Source: Patescibacteria group bacterium (GTDB taxonomy: Bacteria; Patescibacteriota; Minisyncoccia; Phycocordibacterales; PALSA-1337). From it: a DNA stretch of 64,000 nt. The notes beneath the pieces are model-generated. The model was given only the letters and a program-made list of their open reading frames with translations. It did not search any database and was not told the origin of the DNA. Below, in pieces: positions 60,554 through 64,000 of the stretch. A program made the translations under genes and the position numbers. The stretch lies in contig JBBTRA010000003.1 in NCBI GenBank assembly GCA_038065415.1, forward strand, positions 9,314 to 73,313. The letters run 5' to 3'. How positions within the stretch are numbered: the first letter of the stretch is position 1; each line of letters begins with the position of its first letter.

Positions 60554-61450
60554 TTATTTCTCTAAGATTCGTAATTTTGCGCTTCTCGATCTTGGATTCT
60601 CTGCCCTCTCTTGATCTGAAGCGATGATCGGCTTCTTCGTAAGTGCTTTTGAGCCGTACAACGCTTTCTTTTTATAAAAATCTTTGACGATGCGGTCTTC
60701 CAGACTATGAAATGATATGACTGCCATTCGTCCTCCCATACTCAGACTCTTGTATCCCTTCTCAAGTCCTTCTCGGAGTGCATCGAGCTCATCATTGACT
60801 GCGATGCGTATAGCCTGGAATGTTCTGGTCGCCGGATGTATCTTGCCTCTCCTATAAAATCCAGGTACCGACGAAGAGATGATCTCTGCAAGCTCTCCTG
60901 AGGTCTCGATCTGCTTCTTGGTCCGATATGCAACGATGGCACGAGCAATGCGGCGAGCGAACCTTTCTTCTCCGTAACCGAAGATGACATTTGCGATAAC
61001 TTCTTCCTCCCATGTGTTGACGATCGTGCGGGCAGTGAAAGGATATTTTGCAGGATCACCCATGGTCATGAGGAGTGGCTCGTCTTTCTGGAAGCTGAAT
61101 CCCCTACCAGAAGCATCGAGCTCATCCGAAGAGATACCCAGATCGAGCAAGAAGAGATCTACCGCTTCGATACCATGCTTGGTAAGGGCCTCATCAAGGG
61201 TGCGATAGTCCTGATTTTCCAGGATGACCTTAGTTGCTTTGCCCTGCAATGATTTCTCAGCTCGTATGACTGCCTGAGGGTCTCTGTCGAGACCAACGAC
61301 GGTCAATTTACCCTTGAAGGCTTTGGCGACAGCTAGCATGTGTCCTGCGCCACCGAGAGTACCATCAAGATATATGGGTTCGATCTTTTTCGAAGCCATA
61401 AATGCTTCGACGATCTCATGTAAAAGAACCGGTTCGTGCACGCTCTGCAT
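60554..61450 (-). CDS. rsmH: 16S rRNA (cytosine1402-N4)-methyltransferase
   Basis: Start assigned to MQSVHEPVLLHEIVEAF; SAM motif DGTLGGAGH. Confidence 0.9.
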   Translation of the reverse strand: MQSVHEPVLLHEIVEAFMASKKIEPIYLDGTLGGAGHMLAVAKAFKGKLTVVGLDRDPQAVIRAEKSLQGKATKVILENQDYRTLDEALTKHGIEAVDLFLLDLGISSDELDASGRGFSFQKDEPLLMTMGDPAKYPFTARTIVNTWEEEVIANVIFGYGEERFARRIARAIVAYRTKKQIETSGELAEIISSSVPGFYRRGKIHPATRTFQAIRIAVNDELDALREGLEKGYKSLSMGGRMAVISFHSLEDRIVKDFYKKKALYGSKALTKKPIIASDQERAENPRSRSAKLRILEK

Positions 61451-61451
61451 G

Positions 61452-61892
61452 CTAGTTGGTTTCTGGTTTGCCCAGTTTCTCTGCGAGCTGGTCCGCCTTG
61501 GACTCAACATCGCTCACATAGGCATCCCATGCAGCTTCATTCCACAACTCGACGCGATCCTTCACGCCGACGAAGACAACTGTGGTTTCGAGGTTGGCGC
61601 GGTGGCGCAAGCGTTCGGGGAGAAGCATGCGACCCACTGCGTCAACCTCGACTTCAACCGCCCTGCCCAAGAGGTAGCGGTTGAAGCCGCGATTGTCCGC
61701 TTGCAACATAGAGGAACCAGACATCGACAAGCGACCCGAGACTTTTTCCCACTCATCCACCGTAAAGATGAAGAGGCAGGAGTCCAAGCCTGGAGTCACC
61801 ACCACGCGCTTCCCCATTTCCTTGCGGAACTTGGATGGAAGCGACAGGCGGTTCTTGTCGTCGATAGTGTGCCTGTATTCCCCGATGAGCAT
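61452..61892 (-). CDS. mraZ: division/cell wall cluster transcriptional regulator MraZ
   Basis: 146 aa; duplicated DxxxR motifs (DDKNRLSLP, DRVELW). Confidence 0.9.
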   Translation of the reverse strand: MLIGEYRHTIDDKNRLSLPSKFRKEMGKRVVVTPGLDSCLFIFTVDEWEKVSGRLSMSGSSMLQADNRGFNRYLLGRAVEVEVDAVGRMLLPERLRHRANLETTVVFVGVKDRVELWNEAAWDAYVSDVESKADQLAEKLGKPETN

Positions 61893-62071
61893 TGTGCGCG
61901 GGAGATGAAATGGCGTTACTTTTAAAATTTACCACTTCTTCCCACTTGATGGATATTATATCCCACTTTAGGTTTTTTTGATACAAACTAGGGCTGTGGA
62001 TAACGATAGAAAAGCGTTATCTCGGAGCAGTCCCCGCAGGGGGGGGTAACGTGAATTCGGTGATTCGTGTA

Positions 62072-62106
62072 CATAAAAAATCCCGTCGCAAAAAATGACG
62101 GGATTT
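62072..62106 (-). terminator. rho-independent terminator of minus-strand gene 62136..62684
   Basis: aaatcccgtc-gcaaaaaat-gacgggattt with U-run on the minus strand. Confidence 0.5.
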
Positions 62107-62135
62107 AACGATGGGAATACATGGAACAGAATCTA

Positions 62136-62684
62136 TCACGTGAGAACCGGGATTTTGTCATACCAACCCCAATCTTTTGACTCTTTTTTCATCAATTCCA
62201 GGGCATCCTTCACATTTTCTTGCAAACGAAGCTCGATAGCGAGGAAAATCGTTTCCTTATCAAAGAGAGGCAGGAAGAGGCCGATCATGGGTTCCCACGC
62301 CCCACTCAAGAAATATCCGGAAACATGCTCGGAAATGGGAGTATGCGTTATCGGCACATCTCGATCCCAACCAGGTTCCCATACAAGAACATCTCCAGGG
62401 CGCATGGTCATGAATACGTCCCCTCTACTGTTTTGGATGCCCTCTTGACGAAGTGCAATCCACGCACAATGGTGACGCCACCCGCGCTCAGGTCGAGACA
62501 ACGAGTGTATCGCTCGCGTACGATGTGCGGTAATGGCGATCTCGTTCATTTGTTTGGCAAGGGGGAAATCCTCGCACCTGACGAGCTTGGCCAGGTTTTC
62601 TTTTGAACAAAACCGATCGTACAACTCCCAAAAAGCAGGACTGCCGAATTCTGGATTTATGACTGACGGAAACAGAGCATTCAT
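62136..62684 (-). CDS. hypothetical protein
   Basis: 182-aa ORF with its own terminator; no confident motif. Confidence 0.4.
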   Translation of the reverse strand: MNALFPSVINPEFGSPAFWELYDRFCSKENLAKLVRCEDFPLAKQMNEIAITAHRTRAIHSLSRPERGWRHHCAWIALRQEGIQNSRGDVFMTMRPGDVLVWEPGWDRDVPITHTPISEHVSGYFLSGAWEPMIGLFLPLFDKETIFLAIELRLQENVKDALELMKKESKDWGWYDKIPVLT

Positions 62685-62763
62685 GCTGTAGCCTTTAATT
62701 TGATTGTATCTGGAACAACTGAAAACAGCCTACTTCCGCAGGCTGTTTTAGTCAATCTAGACA

Positions 62764-64000
62764 CTACTCCACATACTGCGCACCTTTCTCGTACAATTTG
62801 AGCGGAATATTCTTGAGATTATTCAATATTGGCATCATGAATTTCCAGGAAGCCATAATCTCATTCGTCGAAGCAAAGAGTGTCTGATCGCCGATGAAAG
62901 CATCGCGAATGAGGCGTTCATAATCGTCAGGTATCTCCTCGAAGGACGCAGCATCTGCATACTTAAACTTGAGTGTCTTGGCCTCAGTCTTGAAATCATA
63001 CCCCGGAGCCTTCACAAAGAAGCGTACGCGGATACCCTCATCCGGCTGTATCCTGAATGTAAGGATGTTCGGACCATTTCCGCCAGCCTTCCCTTTGTCT
63101 TTTTTGCTTTCTTTGAAATAAATATCAATCTCAACTTTTGATTCTGCGAGTGCCTTGCCACTCTCAAGATAGAACGGGACCCCCTTCCAGCGTGCCGAAT
63201 TGACATTGGCTTGTATGCGAAAATATGTCTCCGTTTGCGAAGTTGGCAGGACTCCCGGCTCCTGCATGTACCCCATATATTGTCCACGCACGACCTGCTT
63301 GCGTATATCCTTCAACGCGAGACTCTTCAGTCGCGACAAGACCTTGGCGCGCTCCGCTCGAATACCACCCGCAGTAAGCGATTTTGGGGCTTCCATAGCG
63401 ATTGCAGCAAGCATCATCAACATATGATTCTGCCCTACATCTTTGATAGCTCCAATCGGATCATAGAAAGCGCCCCTGCCATCAGTAGTGTTCTTCTCAA
63501 AAAGTTTGATGTGTACTTTGTCTACATATTTCCTGTTCCAGAGCGGCTCGAACATCGAGTTCGAGAAGCGGAACGCCAGAATATTCTGCAGGACTTCCTT
63601 GGCTAGATAGTGATCGATGCGGAATATCTGTTGTTCTTTGAAAAGCGACCCGAGGAGCTTGTCGAGTTTGCTCGCCGTCTCGATATCACTGCCAAAAGGC
63701 TTCTCAATCAAGATGCGTGTCCAACCCATCCCATCATCACAGGCTTCCGCCAATCCAGACTTGGAAACATGCGTGAGAATGCCTTCGTAGAGGGCTGGTG
63801 GGACCGAGAGATGAAAAAGTTTATTGGAACACTGCCCCCAGCGGTCGTCGATATTTTTGAGTTTGGAGGCAAGCCGAGTATAGGCGCCAAGGTCATCAAA
63901 CATGCCCTGTTCATACGACATGTGATCGAGGAAGTGTTTGATATCTTCCTCACGGAATTGTCCCGGACGCACATTCATACGCTCACGAATGAACTCACGG
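62764..64000 (-). CDS. zwf: glucose-6-phosphate 1-dehydrogenase (N-terminus beyond window end)
   Basis: RIDHYLAKE G6PD active-site signature; reading frame stays open to the window edge upstream of the first ATG. Confidence 0.85.
   Translation of the reverse strand, partial: REFIRERMNVRPGQFREEDIKHFLDHMSYEQGMFDDLGAYTRLASKLKNIDDRWGQCSNKLFHLSVPPALYEGILTHVSKSGLAEACDDGMGWTRILIEKPFGSDIETASKLDKLLGSLFKEQQIFRIDHYLAKEVLQNILAFRFSNSMFEPLWNRKYVDKVHIKLFEKNTTDGRGAFYDPIGAIKDVGQNHMLMMLAAIAMEAPKSLTAGGIRAERAKVLSRLKSLALKDIRKQVVRGQYMGYMQEPGVLPTSQTETYFRIQANVNSARWKGVPFYLESGKALAESKVEIDIYFKESKKDKGKAGGNGPNILTFRIQPDEGIRVRFFVKAPGYDFKTEAKTLKFKYADAASFEEIPDDYERLIRDAFIGDQTLFASTNEIMASWKFMMPILNNLKNIPLKLYEKGAQYVE

Noticed and set aside
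61314-61925. 203-aa + strand ORF
   Set aside because: Antisense to rsmH/mraZ.
1-64000. CRISPR arrays, transposases, integrases, rRNA genes
   Set aside because: No regularly spaced direct repeats, no IS-like terminal inverted repeats around any ORF, and no integrase/transposase motifs were seen. The only direct and inverted repeats found are the short regulatory-type motifs reported above.

Overview
This 64 kb window looks like a compact, gene-dense bacterial chromosome segment at about 50% GC, and almost all of it is core machinery. Most genes lack a Shine-Dalgarno sequence, and many have a -10 box a few nucleotides upstream of the ATG, which suggests leaderless initiation. Gene content (type IV pilus genes, a DnaJ without a zinc finger, a short PilB, a fragmented dcw cluster) fits a small-genome, CPR/Patescibacteria-like organism; that attribution is an inference, not something tested.

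Housekeeping genes identified, in order:
- + strand, 1-7.8 kb: alaS 3' end, two hypothetical genes, then infA-rpmJ-rpsM-rpsK-rpsD-rpoA-rplQ-rplM-rpsI.
- + strand, 8.4-14.9 kb: grpE, several small hypothetical ORFs, DUF167, dnaK, a DnaJ-like J-protein without a zinc finger, trpS.
- Mixed strands, 15.2-19.6 kb: cysS and corA (-), ctpA and rplI (+), rpmA (-).
- 20.0-29.8 kb: an SLT-like transglycosylase (+), then on the - strand an M23 peptidase translationally coupled to gltX, a 2-hydroxyacid dehydrogenase, murG, ftsW, scpB and scpA.
- + strand, 36.1-37.9 kb: typA.
- - strand, 38.4-49.1 kb: truB, rpoC, rpoB, trmD, a KH-domain protein, rpsP, a cysteine desulfurase.
- - strand, 53.7-64.0 kb: valS, cspA, tRNA-Glu(CUC), murF, ftsI-like PBP, ftsL-like, rsmH, mraZ, and zwf (partial); a CAP-domain protein is on the + strand.

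Accessory or unusual content:
1. A minus-strand type IV pilus-like operon (29.8-34.0 kb): pilB, pilC, a 519-aa prepilin-like protein, a 59-aa canonical pilin missing from the ORF track, and a minor pilin.
2. A two-gene insertion at 34.1-36.0 kb with canonical Shine-Dalgarno sequences and its own terminators, encoding an unknown protein and a degenerate adenylate-kinase-like P-loop protein.
3. A structured noncoding locus at 38.16-38.40 kb with a 15-bp long-range inverted repeat, a tRNA-like T-loop motif and an embedded near-consensus promoter.
4. A palindromic repeat array directly upstream of the promoter of a small SLT-like lytic transglycosylase gene (19.8-19.9 kb).
5. A roughly 600-bp gene-less stretch (49.1-49.7 kb) with frame-shifted short ORFs.
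6. A secreted-protein pair (50.35-53.6 kb) that includes a 757-aa BNR/Asp-box repeat protein.

No CRISPR array, rRNA gene, transposase or integrase was seen.
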